DNA of 64,000 bases. Origin: Eremomyces bilateralis CBS 781.70. Lineage: Eukaryota. Under the pieces are notes generated by a model. The model worked only from the letters and a program-made list of their open reading frames with translations, searched no databases and had not been told where the DNA came from. The translations under genes were made by a program, and so were the position numbers. The stretch is from the NCBI GenBank assembly GCA_010015585.1, contig ML975161.1. One strand, written 5' to 3'. This document shows, piece after piece, positions 50,599-64,000 of the stretch; position 1 is the stretch's first letter, and each line of letters begins with the position of its first letter.

Positions 50599-51774
50599 AT
50601 GCCAGACGTCAATTCACTTCCCACTTCTCCTCCGACCACCACATCTACCGCACCACAACCCGCTGCATCATCTAACAGAACTACCTCCATAGGAACAGCG
50701 ATGTCGCATTCTCCTACCCAATCGCCGTCCGGAAACTCTCCGTCCTCACATTCCCTTGCCGCCGCTGCCACCATGAACGCGGGCATCCAAACCGATGAAG
50801 CCCGGCGCTCAACGCCCAGTTCACCCCTCACCCACAGCATTCGCAATCGTGGCATCGAGCGACGAAGAAGCGGAGTGCGTATGAACCTGAATCTGAACGA
50901 TCCTGCTATTCCAGGTCCGGGAGAGATGGCCGTCACCCCAGGAAGCGTCTCGCGACATGGCAGCATCGGAGGGGGATATACCGGGTTCGATCACCATCGG
51001 GCGCCTAGCCTGGGCGAGCTACATCAAGAGCTAGAGAACGAGCAGGAAGCGCAAGTGGTACCATATATTCTGTTGCTCAAGGTCGTTCGCACGATTGACA
51101 TCTGACTAGAACCGACTCCTCGCCCACATCCGCCAACAGCAAGCCCAAATCGCCACGCTTCAATCCTCCACTACCTCCACTGGCGCCGCCATCGATGACA
51201 GCACCCCGACCTCCGAACGCAGCATGTCCCTCCCGCAACCCGCCCTGTCCACGCAGCCCACCCCCGCGATCGACACCCCACACGGACGAGGACGCGGCAG
51301 CCTCCACCGCTCCACCTCCCGTCCGCGCTCTCCATTCAATCATCCCGCTTCCGGCGCACGCAGCCGCACCAGTTCCTACGGCGGATACAATCGAACGCCC
51401 TCCATCAGCAGCAGCCCGCGTTTACGTCCCACGAGCGTCGTAGATGAGGGCTTAGGGATCATCGGGGGGCTGGAGAGGGACCGAGAGCGGGACGAGGCGG
51501 CGTTTTACCAGGCGGAGACGCAGAATTTGACGCGGGAGAACCAGATGCTGAAGTTGCGGATTCGAGAACTTGGTGAGTACTGCCCTTGGGCATGTTTTCC
51601 GTACACATGCTGATCGGATGGATAGAGCGGCAATTGAATGACTCGAGCTTGACGGGCTCCGTTGCGCATTCGCCATCGATACCGTCGCAGTTACATTCGA
51701 GTTTGGAGGAGGCGGAGGAGCGGAAAGAGGAGCCGAAGCCTGATGCGTCGGGACCCACGACGGCTGCCGAGTAA
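50599..51774 (+). CDS. Conserved fungal hypothetical protein, Ser-rich with two coiled-coil patches (3 exons)
   Basis: HHRAPSLGELHQELENEQEAQV/NRLL and AAFYQAETQNLTRENQMLKLRIRELE; canonical introns. Confidence 0.78.
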
Positions 51775-53107
51775 ACGAAGATGGTTCCCTAATTGCGGAT
51801 TCTCTACTTTTGTTACACATGCATCGCAAAGGCGCTTTAAGTTGCTAAGCATTTTTGGGAATGGGTTGGGTTTGGGTATATCAAGGTTATGGAGCTCCGG
51901 GTATGGTGCTTGACTCTCATATCAATATCAAGGAAACGTAAAGTTCGTGGCTTTACTCCTAATTTTGGTACGATGCAGCCTCTAACGGCGAAATATGTTA
52001 CACGTAATAGGACATCTCCATCTCCTATGCACTCCAGGTTTTGGCTGTACTCCCTGCTCATGTCGACCATCTTCACAGAACTGCGTCACCATCCGCCTTT
52101 TCCCTGGATTTCCACATGTTTTGCATCCGAGCTGTCTACACCTCAAGTGCAGTCATCAACTCCTAGCAGCGCTGAATAAGGCCTTGTAGTAACTTTCGAC
52201 CTTGCTTCGCTGGACAGATCTTTATGAATTGCAATACCGCGTGCTATCACCATTCGTTTATAGGATATCATCTCAATCGTCTCTCAGGGTGTCAACTGCC
52301 GCCTTTACCACATATTTTTTATCCACCCCATGCCAACTGGCCCCGTGTGCGTCCCCCGCTGGAGACCCGTCTACTCTCATCACCAGTCGTCGAATCCACG
52401 CTATCCGAACTCCGATGGAAGTTCAACGTACTATCATTTACCATAAAATTCCTTGCTCTTATGAAGTCGGGTACGCTACGGACGTCGCAGTTTCGGCGTA
52501 TGTTGACTGGTATGGTGAGGATTCAACACGGAAATTGGTCCTAAATCTCGGGGTTGAGGGAGATTAAGTACTGGCAGGACCGCGACCTTTTGCCCAGCGC
52601 CACTCGAGCCTCCCGCACCTCATATAGATAAATTCAGTAAGCAATCTCGCGTCTGTTCTCCGTCCTTCTCGTCAGTCATCACACCTCACCGACCGCGCAC
52701 CATGGCCAGAGAATATGGACTATTCATTGTCCATAGCATCGGGTAGGTGACAGTTTACAGTAGGTTGAACAAAAGACAATCCCCGGCCATGTCACGCGCC
52801 AGCTGGCTGGATCGACATCAGATCCTTGGCCACGACATTCCACCTCTTCGGTCTGGTGCCACCAACATAACCTGTTGCATCAGCAGGATAAAATGAGTGC
52901 TGGGTAGTTGTCCTTTCCTTTCCGTGGCTTGGAAGTTTATTACGTTTATGGGAGTGCGAAGTCATGAATATGTTCTTGCTATTCCGCTAGACGACTCTAC
53001 AGAGAGAGTGTTCAAGTACCTCCGTCAATGCGCCATTGCATCATCGGCATGTGGCATCTAGACGTCTCCTTTATTCGAGATACGATATTAATCGACCTCC
53101 GACGACA

Positions 53108-55807
53108 ATGGTGGACATGTCATCGTCAAGCCCGCCAAACATAGCGGAGTCTAAACCACGAGAGCTGGCGCCAGGACTGCTAGCGGAGCTGCGCAGAAGG
53201 GAAACAGAGGATGAAAAGAGTCGGAAAAAGCCGTGGTGGAAACTGAAGATGAGGCCATATCAGGACGAAGATGAAGCGTAAGCGTAGCTTTATGCATCGC
53301 CCATCCCTTCTTGACATCTATTTCGAACCATGATCACGTCATGGGACACTGTTAACATATTTGACAGCACCTGGTGGTTCGCCTCGACTGCAATTCCGTA
53401 TGTTTTCTGTTCTTAAGAACACTTGATCAGTCTTGCTGAGCTCGTCCCCAGTCTCATCGCGGCCTCACTAGGACCTCTGGCCAATGTCTTCTCGCTGGCC
53501 GCGTTGGTGACGTTTTGGAAAATGTGGATTATAGATCCGACCACCGGCGAAGAGTTGACAGAGTTAACTGGTATACCGATACAAGATCCACGATGGTACG
53601 CCTGCATACTCAATCATTTCTTCTTTTGATAGAAGGAAGTGTCTCCCGGCTAATATAGACGTTTCTAGGTGTTATTGGCTGAACGTTGGATCACTGATAT
53701 GTGGCTTTGTTGGCAATATATTCCTTCTTTTCAACTTTACTCAACGAATCCGATACATTATCGCGCTGCCCGCCACGATTGTTCTATGGTACGTTGCTAC
53801 TGCTATTGTAAGTTACCCGGTCTGCTCAAATCCATTCTCTTTCGTGCGGCAAAGGGCCTTTCTCATTATATGGCTAGCTTATCGCAATCACGGCGTCCAT
53901 GAATATCTACTACGAACCTATCCGGCCGCAGCAGACCTACTCGCAAGGGTTCTGGTACGCATTGCTAGCGGCTATCGTATATATGCTTTGTTCTATGCTC
54001 CTAATGGTCAATATGCTTGGCTGTTTCCTCGGTCACTACCCTCAGACGTTCCAGTTGAACGATCACCAAAGGACGTTGATCCTGCAAACCATGCTATTTT
54101 TCATTTGGCTAGCAGGGGGTGCGGCTATTTTCACCGTCGTTCAGAATACTTACGGCGAAACAGAAAAGGATTGGAACTTTGCTAATGCAGTATGTCACTC
54201 AACCACCCGATCCGAATCAACCTAACATCCGACAGCTCTACTATTGTGATGTGACCATCCTCACCGTGGGATTTGGTGACTTAGTTCCTGATAACGACGT
54301 TGGTCGAGGTTTAGTATTACCTTATTCCGTTGGCGGCATCATCATGTTGGGTCTAGTCATCTCGTCACTCTCCAAGTTTGCCGGTGAACTAAGTCAGGAA
54401 AACGTGGTCAACAGACACATTGAGAAAGAGCGGATCCGAACCTTTGGCCGAACGGTCAGTAACTCAATGCAACTTCATCGCAAAATATCCGAAGTCCCGG
54501 CGAGCATGTCAAAGCCTGCGGTCTCGGCACCTTCGGAATCGCATGTCATCAATCCTGCCGCCATTCAAATAGACGATACCCTACCACATCCACTGCACCA
54601 CCACCGTCCTCTGCCAGGTAAACGGAGGCAAACGATGCTTCATCGCGCCGTCACGAGCAAGCCAAAGCTGCTCATGTTACGAGAAGAGAAAGACCGCTTT
54701 GAGGCTATGAGAAAAATCCAGAAATCTACCGTTGTGTTCAAGAGATGGTGGGCTCTTTCCCTTTCCGTCACTGCATTTGGAATATTGTGGTGTGTGGGAG
54801 CAGTCATCTTCTGGCAAGCTGAACGCGAAATACAAGGGATGACTTATTTTCAGGCCCTATACTTATGTTATGTATCGCTTTTGACTATCGGCTACGGTGA
54901 CTTGGCACCGCAGACTTCCGCAGGTCGAGCGTTTTTCGTATTCTGGAGTTTGATCGCCGTTCCGACCATGACTCTGCTCATTAGTGACATGGGTGACACT
55001 ATCATCCGAGGCTTCAAACAAGGAACTTTCAAAGTGGCAGACTGGACCGTCCTTCCGAAGGCCGATATTGTTCAATCGATACTGGCAATGTTCCCTCGTG
55101 TGCGGGACTGGTTCCAAAGGAAAGCGGACGAACGTAACGCACGGAGGCGAATCGACCAAGGTTTCCAGGTGGAAAGCGGAGCGACAAACGGATCCCCCTC
55201 CGGCCCAGAAGCTGCCAACGGTCCAAATATTGATGAGCTTGGAAAGCAGGCAGAGAAGGATACGGAAACGCCGCCGAGCGATGTGGAGTTGGCGCGAAAA
55301 CTCGCAGTTGCCATTCGACGAACAGCCGAACACATGAAGCGGGAGAAAGAGAAGAAGTACTCGTACGAGGAGTGGGTGGATATCATTCGTTTGATACGAT
55401 TTACCTCCCGGGGTCAAAGCAGGCCTGGAGACCTTGTCGATCCGAGAAGCTCACGGGAGCTGGAGAGAAGAGAAGCGGTCTTGAGGGAGGAAGAGGAGGA
55501 GGGCCTGGTTGAGTGGGATTGGATCGGTGAAGACAGTCCAATGATGTCAGGGCAGTCGGAACCGCAGTTTGTCATGGACCGACTGTGTGAAAGTCTGTCA
55601 AGATGGATTGGCGCCGTCGATTTTGAGAGGACAGTAAAGGTGAAGGATGCCGAAGGGTCCGAAGAATTTGAAGGCGAGTATGGGGACGAGAGACCAGAAC
55701 GTTCCAATGGCGGTAATTCAGGTTCTTGCAAGTTTTCTAGGAATCGGGACTTACAACAGGATGGGTCATTTGCAGCCGAAGATACTGACGACAACATTGG
55801 GAAATGA
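53108..55807 (+). CDS. TOK1: TOK-type two-pore-domain outward rectifier K+ channel (multi-exon)
   Basis: WWFASTAIP, LGPLANVFS and YSQGFWYA, with two pore signatures TILTVGFGD and SLLTIGYGD. Confidence 0.92.
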
Positions 55808-55870
55808 ATTGCTCATGATACAGGTGTATGATAGTTATGGTATGGGACCATAATCGAACTGCGATTTGCT

Positions 55871-56816
55871 TCACACTTTCTTAGGGCTACCAGTATCGGT
55901 CAAATACCATCTGATCCCACACATCGTGAAGTAACCGTCACCGCAGAGACCCTCCTCACGGGCCGCGGCGAGAATCTTCTCCATCCGTTCCTTGCCTTCG
56001 ACGCCCACCGTGATGCTGTGAATGCCCTCTTGCTGACCTGGCAAACCCCTAACGAAACCTAACCTCGCATTGGTAAACCCAACCAGATCCCTCACTCGAC
56101 CAACACCGAACAGTTCCTCCCACTGCCTCGACGCCGCTTCCGCGTCCACGTCTCCTGCCTCCAACCTACAGACCACGCCGACGAGTTTCAGTGCGCTGGC
56201 GTTCTTCATCGCTTCCAGGTGCTGCGGATAATTCTTAATCGGCCCCAGCGCATGCCACGGCGAGAATCGCTCCGTCACGGGATTCGGATGTTCCTTGGTG
56301 GGAGTATGGGAGTCCAATTCCGGAATTACTCCACCCTTGACGCCCTTCGGGTGATATTGCACTGCCACGCTGTGATCCGAATCGTGGGTCCAGATCACCC
56401 GGCCGAGTTTGTTGGATTCAATGTAGTTGCGTCTCGCGCTCGCATCTCCGGTTTGCATGATGATCATGTATCCGCCATCACCGCCACGCTTGTTGATGAG
56501 GCGGCCAGCCGTCGTTCCCGGCTGAAATGGAGAGCACACTTCGATTATTTCTCCCCCGAGTGGGAGCAGGAAGTTTTTGAGCCCCCATTTGGCAACCAGG
56601 GGGTCTTCATAGATCACATCGACCCCAAAGATCTTGGTCTGTCGTAGACAAGTGGTTAGTGGCCGTTTTGATACCCCTGGCCGAATAAATCTCGCCGGTA
56701 AGATACGATAGTATACATACCATAAGTCTCCGCGTTTCATCCAAATTCTTAGCCACCAAAGCGACCTGTCGAAGTCTGGTCGGAGCCACCTTAGAGGTGG
56801 AGGCTGGGCCGGCCAT
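55871..56816 (-). CDS. Glyoxalase/VOC-like domain protein (2 exons)
   Basis: RLRQVALVAKNLD..., FGVDVIYEDP, GLKNFLLPLGGEIIEVCSP, GDGGYMIIMQ and QYHPKG..IPELD. Confidence 0.78.
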
Positions 56817-58098
56817 TATCGGTACTCAGTATGATCCCACTTCCAAATTCCAGGCTCTTTTGTTGGTAATTATATTGTTTGGCTAATTTTCAATTCAAGT
56901 CACCACCGGTGTAATTGAAACTGAATACGGAATAATAATCCCAACTTTTGAAGCCGACTTTCTCATCGCCCTTGGGCAAGAATCGGGATGTCCTCGACCC
57001 TCGGCTTGCATCCGGATGGATCCTGGCTGATCCTGAGCTCTCCCCGCACTCCACGGCCCGGACAGGGGGACGGAATGTGAATATCAGGACGAATCGAGGA
57101 GACGGTTCCATTCCGAGCCAGTTCCATACCGCAAGTCAAAAGTCATCTCGGACTACTTCTTCGCTGTATTTCTTGTCAATTGCAGTGTTTCGATGGTTGG
57201 CAGATGTTAGGCAGCAGGACAACACAAAGCAAACTGGTCCCTGCGACACCCATGTCGAAAGAGTATATCCTCAGGTTAGCATCTAACGTTCCTGCCACGC
57301 GATGACGCGAAGCAAGGTTACGGCGAACGAAATAGGGTCGCGTCCTTCAGGCTTCAGCGCGTTACCTTACACCTATGATCCGATTCTCATATGCCCGGTC
57401 GGCTGACGCGTTGATCGCCGACTGATTTGACCCGAATCTCAACATACATTGGGGAATCCACGATTGTGATCGGTACTAACATGTCCGTGATGGAGCGATA
57501 GACTTGATTTCTTAGATATTCCTGCTTCAATCTCGTCACCGGAACTAAGACCACGTTGCCCCCCCTTCTTCCACACAATTTGGAGACTTGACCGCGGACC
57601 CACGAAAGGCATAGCGGGCACGCTTGAATCGAAGCTTGACAAAATAAGGACTTTTGGCAAGGTAGGTCCTGGCCCAGTGACATTAGTGTCAACTAAATTA
57701 GCAAATCACTTCTGCTTCAAGTCGTAAGTCGTACCAAGTTATGTCAATTTGATGATGTCTGGTTCGCTTGGCAAGATGGTGTTCTCCTCTGACGTCATCG
57801 TGTCAGGACGCGTTTGACATGGTTCAACTATGAAGTACATCTTTAGATTTGCTAGGGACAATTCCCGGTTAGAAATGGATACTATAATTACTTAAATGGG
57901 CCATTCCTATGTCTTCACTGTACCGGTATTCAAGAGATCTTTCCCTGCAGAAACGGGCGATGTTCCACTTGAATAAGAAACTGAAGGTCCGCAGACTAAC
58001 CACTGAACTTTGTCAACCATTGAATTACTCTACGATTTAGATACCACATCACTCCGTACATCATCCAACTATACTAGCTCGAGGAGTAGTCGTGAACC

Positions 58099-60817
58099 AT
58101 GGCCTCTCAGATGAAAGAAGAGGTCGATTCAAAGTTGCCAGAGCACCTCCGCCAATCCGAGAAAGAGAAGGAAGGGAAGGATCAGCCCAAGCATTTCCAG
58201 AGGGGCGTCAAAGACTCTATCCGCCACCCTTTTCCTCATATCCGTGAAAAGCTCAAAAACACCCACCTTCATGACGCGAAGATCAAGGCGGTTCACACCA
58301 GGAATCACCTCGGAAAGTATGCCAACCTCTTCAATCGGAACCATAGACATGATGAAGATCATGAGCAGCGGACAGACGAAAAGCGGAACCACATATCCGA
58401 GACGCACCGATTCTCGAGTTTTGCTCCGGAGCGCGAAGGAAACGAAGCGAAGTTTTATGTGGACGGAAGAGACTATTACTGGGCCGTTAGCACCGCGCTG
58501 GAACGAGCAACGGAGTGCATATACATCGTGGACTGGTGGATCAGCCCCGAGCTGTTTCTCCGACGCCCCCCAGCGGAGAACCAAGAATGGCGATTGGACG
58601 AAATCTTGAAAAGAAGAGCAGAGGCCGGTGTGAAGATCTATATCATGGTCTACAAAGAAGTCGAGCAAGCCCTTTCTTGCCAGAGCACGCATACAAAGCA
58701 TGCACTGGAGGCTCTCTGTCCAGAAGGAAGCCCCGGATTTGGAAATATTCGCGTGATGAGGCATCCAGACCATAATGTCATGGGGAATGCTGCAGACATG
58801 ACATTTTACTGGGCACATCACGAAAAGTTCATGGTTATCGACCATTACCTGGCCTTCATCGCTGGACTGGATTTGTGTTTCGGGCGTTGGGATTTGAATC
58901 AACATCCGCTGGCGGATCTTCACCCCGCAGGTGCGAAGTACGAAATCTGGCCTGGACAGGACTTCAACAATAACCGGATCTTGGACTTCCATGATGTCCA
59001 GGACTGGGAGCAAAATCAAGTCAGCAAGGCCGAGTATGGCAGGATGCCATGGCACGACGTGGGAATGGGCTTGATCGGGCCATGCGTATACGACGTCGCC
59101 GAGCATTTCGTGTTGAGATGGAACTTCGTCAAGCGTGATAAGTACAAACGAGACGACAAATATGCCTGGCTAGAGCTTGAGGGCAGGACTGGAGAACATG
59201 AGGATTTGATTGCGGTACAACGACCGAAGTATCCAATGGGCGGCTATACCCTACATCCCCCGACTGAAGGAGGACTTGATGGGAAGCTCAGTGACTGGGA
59301 AGGACGCGATGGTTCCACAGTCAAAGCCCAGATTGTGCGGTCGAGCGCGGACTGGAGCAGCGGCATCCTTACCGAGCACTCCATACAGAACGCCTACTGC
59401 GAACTCATCCGAAACGCACAGCATTTCGTCTACATCGAGAACCAGTTCTTCATCACTGCCACGGGCGAGGGTCAGGATCTGATCATGAACCAGATCGGCC
59501 GGGCAATCGTCGACGCTTGCGTCCGCGCCGGAAAAGAAGGACGGAAGTTCCGGGTCATCGTCATCATTCCTGCCGTGCCTGGTTTCGCTGGCGATCTACG
59601 TTCGGATGCAGCAAAAGGCACGAGGGCCATTATGGAGTACCAATACAAGTCCATCTGCAGGGGTGAGAATTCCATCTGCGAACAAATCCGAAAAGAGGGC
59701 ATCGACCCAGGGAACCACATATTCATTTTCAATTTGCGAAGCTATGACCGGGTGAACACGACGCCTGCCGTCCGAAAGCAGGAGGAGAAATCCGGTGTGA
59801 AATATCAGGAGGTGCAACGTGCTGAAGCGGAAGAGTTGATGGCACCAGGGGGGCACGGGTTGTCGGATGAGAACAACGGAGCTGTTGGCGGGGATTTCAG
59901 CGAAAAGAAAGAGGCAATTGAGGAACGGAAGCAAAAATTCGAGGAGCTAAGAGTGGAGGTTGGCCTGGGGAATGGCGAGGACAAAGACCCGAAAGAAGCA
60001 GCTCCCAGTGTCGACACGATTGCGGAAGATGCGATGCTGAGTGGCAGACATGTTTCCGACGAACCGTGGACGGGGGGCGACGAAGAGGGCGAAAAGATGA
60101 ATTTCATCCAGGAGCAGCTCTACATCCATGGTAAGGTATGCATAGTGGATGATCAGATCGCGTTGATTGGAAGCTCAAACATCAATGATCGGGTAAGTGT
60201 TCTCCCACAGTTACTTGTCAGCATATTAATAAGTACAGTCGATGCAAGGGGATAGAGACTCGGAGTTGACCATTGTTATCGAAGACACCAAACCTCTTGA
60301 ATCCACAATGGACGGCGCCCCTTACACCGCGAGCCATTTTGCTGCAACACTCCGCCGCACTCTGTGGCGTGAGCATCTTGGCCTCCTCCCTCCTCAACCA
60401 CTCGATGCCTCAGACGACCCCAACGCCGAGCCACCAGGCGACTCGGAGAACCGCATCCTCGACGACGAGCACTGGCAACTCGTTTCCGACCCCCTCGGCG
60501 ACAAAGTATGGGAGACCTGGTGCCAGCATGCTACGACCAACACCGAGGTGTTCCGCGAAATATTCCACGCCGACCCGGACAATTGCATCCGCAATTTCGA
60601 GGACTATGAGAAGTTCCTCCCAGATCCTAAAGATAAGAGCCATGACCACAAGTTTGGGCATCTCATCGATCGGAGTGTGCCGGTGGCGGAGATCAAGAAG
60701 CAGCTGGATCGGATCAAGGGACATCTCGTCTGGATGCCGCTGGATTATCTCTGCGAAGTGGAGATGGCCGAACGCGGGTTACATGTGAACGATTTTACAG
60801 AAACCATCTACGCCTAA
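58099..60817 (+). CDS. Phospholipase D (PldA type, no PX/PH region evident), one intron ~60193-60248
   Basis: Two HKD motifs (HHEKFMVID and HGKVCIVD..GSSNINDR) plus DWWISPE, RMPWHD and YIENQFF. Confidence 0.95.
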
Positions 60818-62849
60818 TGTATGGCAGAGTGGATGTATTCATATTGTAGGAGTGTAGCGGATATCGGATCGTTTTTGACGAAGCATGACGGAAGAGTTCC
60901 ACTGAACTTGAAAACTGAACTTGACCGTAGAACATGAGGTACAAGGGAGCTGAAACGTCCATCTGTCGTGGGAAATGTAAATTACTTGGAATGCGTCCAT
61001 TACGGAGTTCTAGAGGGAGGTAGCAGGAATTCACGATGCGTGAGCGAAGATGCATCAGTAGTCCCAACATAGCGAGCAAGAGATTTAAAGGATTGCGCTT
61101 CGTCGTTGCATGAAATTCAACCGAGTGTTATCGTCACTGAACGGGAGAAACAGTTTGAGACAAGAACTTGGCACTTCATTTGATCAGACTACCACCGTAT
61201 GGAGACAAATTGAAGAAGCTCTTCATCCCAAGCACCATCCAGATTCCACCACGCCATATGCACCACTTCGAAATGGTGCTGTATTCTATCCCCTTATGTT
61301 TGTGATTCGTTGAGCGTGACTAGGGATCGTTGGCATCTCTGTTTCGGATTGAACACGACGGACTATAAGATTTGTTAGTCACTGTTGCCTTGCGTGAAAC
61401 TTCTCATGACATACCAATACCAATGATCTTGATGTCGGCCTGCATCCAATTCCCACAAATGGTTCAGTATCTGGCAACTTGCACAGAAACCATGGAAAAT
61501 ATCCCGCTGTCTTGCACGAGAAGAACACTTCCTCTGAAATGCCCATTATTGCCAGACATTGATTGCTGAACTGCCTCTAAAAAGGTCCTTTTTGAATGAA
61601 CCTTCAGAAATTTGAGTGTGTGCTAATAGAACTCGATTCTCTGCTCAACCTGGACTCTCTTCGAAGCTAAAGCATCCAAAATCGCGCTCAGGGTACCGAT
61701 CTCTCTCCAAGATTTCCCAGGCCGTTCCGAGATCTTCCTCACCGAGGCTGCAATCCCATCCTTCGGCCGGCGGGACGAGAGCAACCATCGTGCACGCTGC
61801 AGAATGGTCGTGGAGCCATGGGATTTCCAAAAGCACATCAAGTGTCACAGTGCCCTCGAGTTGCTCATAAATTCAACACGCACTTCGTCTTCATCATTAG
61901 GTGTTCAGTTAAAACCCTCGAAGCGACCAAAATCCCACAAAGAATGCGTTGCATGCTTCCTGATTGCTACAATCAGCCAGAGGAGACACGCCGAAAAAAC
62001 GATGTCAAATGTCCCGAGCCGCGCAAGCACGGCTAGCCCATAATAGAGGAAGACAGGTGACGAATCAAAGACTTATAGTAATTCATTAGCTTAGGATGAC
62101 CAGTCAATTTATTCAGAATTTTGGCGAGACCCCAATCCAACGCGAAGACACTGGTATCAAAACCCCCATAGGAGCACCTTCTGAGTACTGGGACCGCGGG
62201 GATCATCTCGAGGAGCGAACAACATCCGCACTCTTCCGAGTTGCGCTTCGCCTGGCGCCGTGAGGCACGCGGGTGCGAAGGGTCGATTGGTGGTCCACTC
62301 CAGCCCAACCGACGAAGCAGCTTCAACGAGGGATTCTGCATGTTTCGACGCAGGTGGATCAAACCACCCTTTTTACGCAGTCAGAAAGAACAGATGCCTC
62401 TAAATCATAAAACTTTGGTGGAGACTCTGCTCGACGAGGGACGATAGGCAATGAATTTTAGACAGCCGATCCTAATCGGCTGATGAGATTCCTGAAGCCC
62501 AATCCGCTCGAAGGCCTGGATCTCTCAAACTTTGAGAGCTTTTGAGAACCTTCGCCAGGTGGGGGCAAGGAAGTTCATGTTTGTCGATGCATAGTCCCAC
62601 CATTGGAAGAATTCTCGAATGCAAGTACCTTCATCGGGCCTCCAGCCGCCCACGAAGTTGATGTTTGTCGTGTCGTCACTGGGGCCCTGTATCCAGTATT
62701 GTCCTCTAGGAGGAACTTGTGGTTTGAGAAATCGAGATCAATGTTGCCCGAGAGTACTGCCTCTTTTAGAACCAACATTTATGACCCAACAATAGGTATT
62801 GAGAACAGATTGAGATCGGTCGGTACAGAAGTTGCGGAGCATTGCTTCT

Positions 62850-63045
62850 TGTGGTGACAATATTGTGATCCAAAGGGCGATCTGTTATTGCAATCACTGC
62901 CGGTGTAGAACTTGCGTTGAGAGGTTCCTTTCCGACAATTTGTGATCCAACGGGAAGTATGCATCTGTCCTCGGAATCACTGCCGATGCGGAACTTTCAT
63001 TGAGAGGTTCCTGCCCGACAATTCGTGATCCAACGAAGTATTTGT
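62850..63045 (-). repeat. Degenerate ~83-bp direct repeats (2 full, 1 partial) in a decayed Cys-rich reading
   Basis: aatcactgccg..gaactt..ttgagaggttcct..ccgacaatt.gtgatccaacg..aagtat at about 62892 and 62976. Confidence 0.65.
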
Positions 63046-64000
63046 GTTCGGAAGTTGTGATTGTTGCAGTCACAATGTTGTGTGACCGAAGACGACCACG
63101 GAGCCTTCCCAGCATTGACTTGCAACGTGAACAGCTGACCTCGACAATCCGTGTCGGTACAGAGCTGGCCGCTCCAGGCCTGATCCGGCGACATCCTGTC
63201 AGGTACTGTGCATCACGCAGCAGTGCAACACTTCGAGGCTGGACAGCTTCTTCCAAGCCAGTCCGTCATGAGCAAAGGGAGACCTCATCATAAGGCAGTA
63301 GCACAGCCAAGTCGGGTCTCGGCAAAACCCCGACAGCCAGCCAAAGCCAAACTTCCAGTCAACATTCACACAAGAGAACTGGACAAGAGGGAGCGCCCTC
63401 AGATCGCCTTGCCAAAGTTCCCTATTTCTAAGTCTCATTGGAAGGATTGATCTGTGCAACCCCGTCACAAACACCGACGACGAGTCTCTTGATGCGATAC
63501 GCAACCAGGGTAGAATGTCATGACACTCTCGGTGGACAGGCAACACGGAGATACCGTGATGACAGGGCTTCCAATATGCGCAATCAAGTCTCTCAAAGTC
63601 GGTGAAAGTGAGGTGGAGGAGGGAATGCCTGAAGTTGGAGGAATGGGAGGGGAACGTGTATTTAAAGGTGTGGTATGTGTCACATGCGCCACCTCTCCGG
63701 ACCACTCAGAAGCCAGAACCCGACTCCGCCCTTAAGATCGCGTTGGCATCTGTCCACATGACACGTCAGTATCTCCGATCTCGCCAACCTGAACTCTCCA
63801 CTCCTCCCAGCCACCTGAATACCTGAATCCTGATTGAACGATTAAAATGAGTAAACAGGCGACTCATGTGCTTATCGTTAGTGTGATGAGTTGGTAAAAG
63901 CTACTGGATTGCACCTGAGAAACCTGGAGAGTGGAGAGAACCTCAGCCAAGCCGTGCGGCTCGCATATCCATATCGGAGTAGGTATCCCGAGTTCCCGGG

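Overview
Intron-containing genomic DNA from a filamentous ascomycete (GT..CTRAC..YAG introns of about 45-100 nt, RIP-type C>T stops). There is one assembly gap at 15310-16170. Three conserved gene blocks alternate with two accessory islands. Block 1 (0.4-12.1 kb) holds an AA11 LPMO, the MoaA/MoaC Moco gene (cnxABC/MOCS1), a double-BTB protein, a GST, complex I subunit NDUFB4 and an Spd1-like RNR inhibitor. Island 1 (about 12.6-23.5 kb) holds a HeLo-like/NACHT/ankyrin/ZZ fungal NLR and decayed orphan genes. Block 2 (24-32 kb) holds an MCH1-like MFS transporter, Serinc/TMS1 and a PH-domain protein. Island 2 (about 34.7-49.5 kb) holds a broken membrane-protein gene, a hAT MITE, a spliced orphan gene, a Mutator transposon nested in an apparent unclassified short-TIR element, a dynamin/SLIP-GC-like GTPase and a probable solo LTR. 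Block 3 (50.6-60.8 kb) holds a coiled-coil protein, a TOK K+ channel, a glyoxalase-like protein and phospholipase D. The four most notable signals are: (1) two 5' splice donors 4 nt apart that switch the Moco gene between MoaA ending in Gly-Gly-stop and a MoaA-MoaC fusion; (2) the nested element, whose interrupted ORF rejoins in frame when the Mutator is removed; (3) an NLR with near-identical 102-bp ankyrin repeats and a ZZ finger; (4) an AA11 LPMO that appears to lack the axial Tyr. No clearly new multi-gene system could be established. All calls come from reading the sequence; no searches were run.
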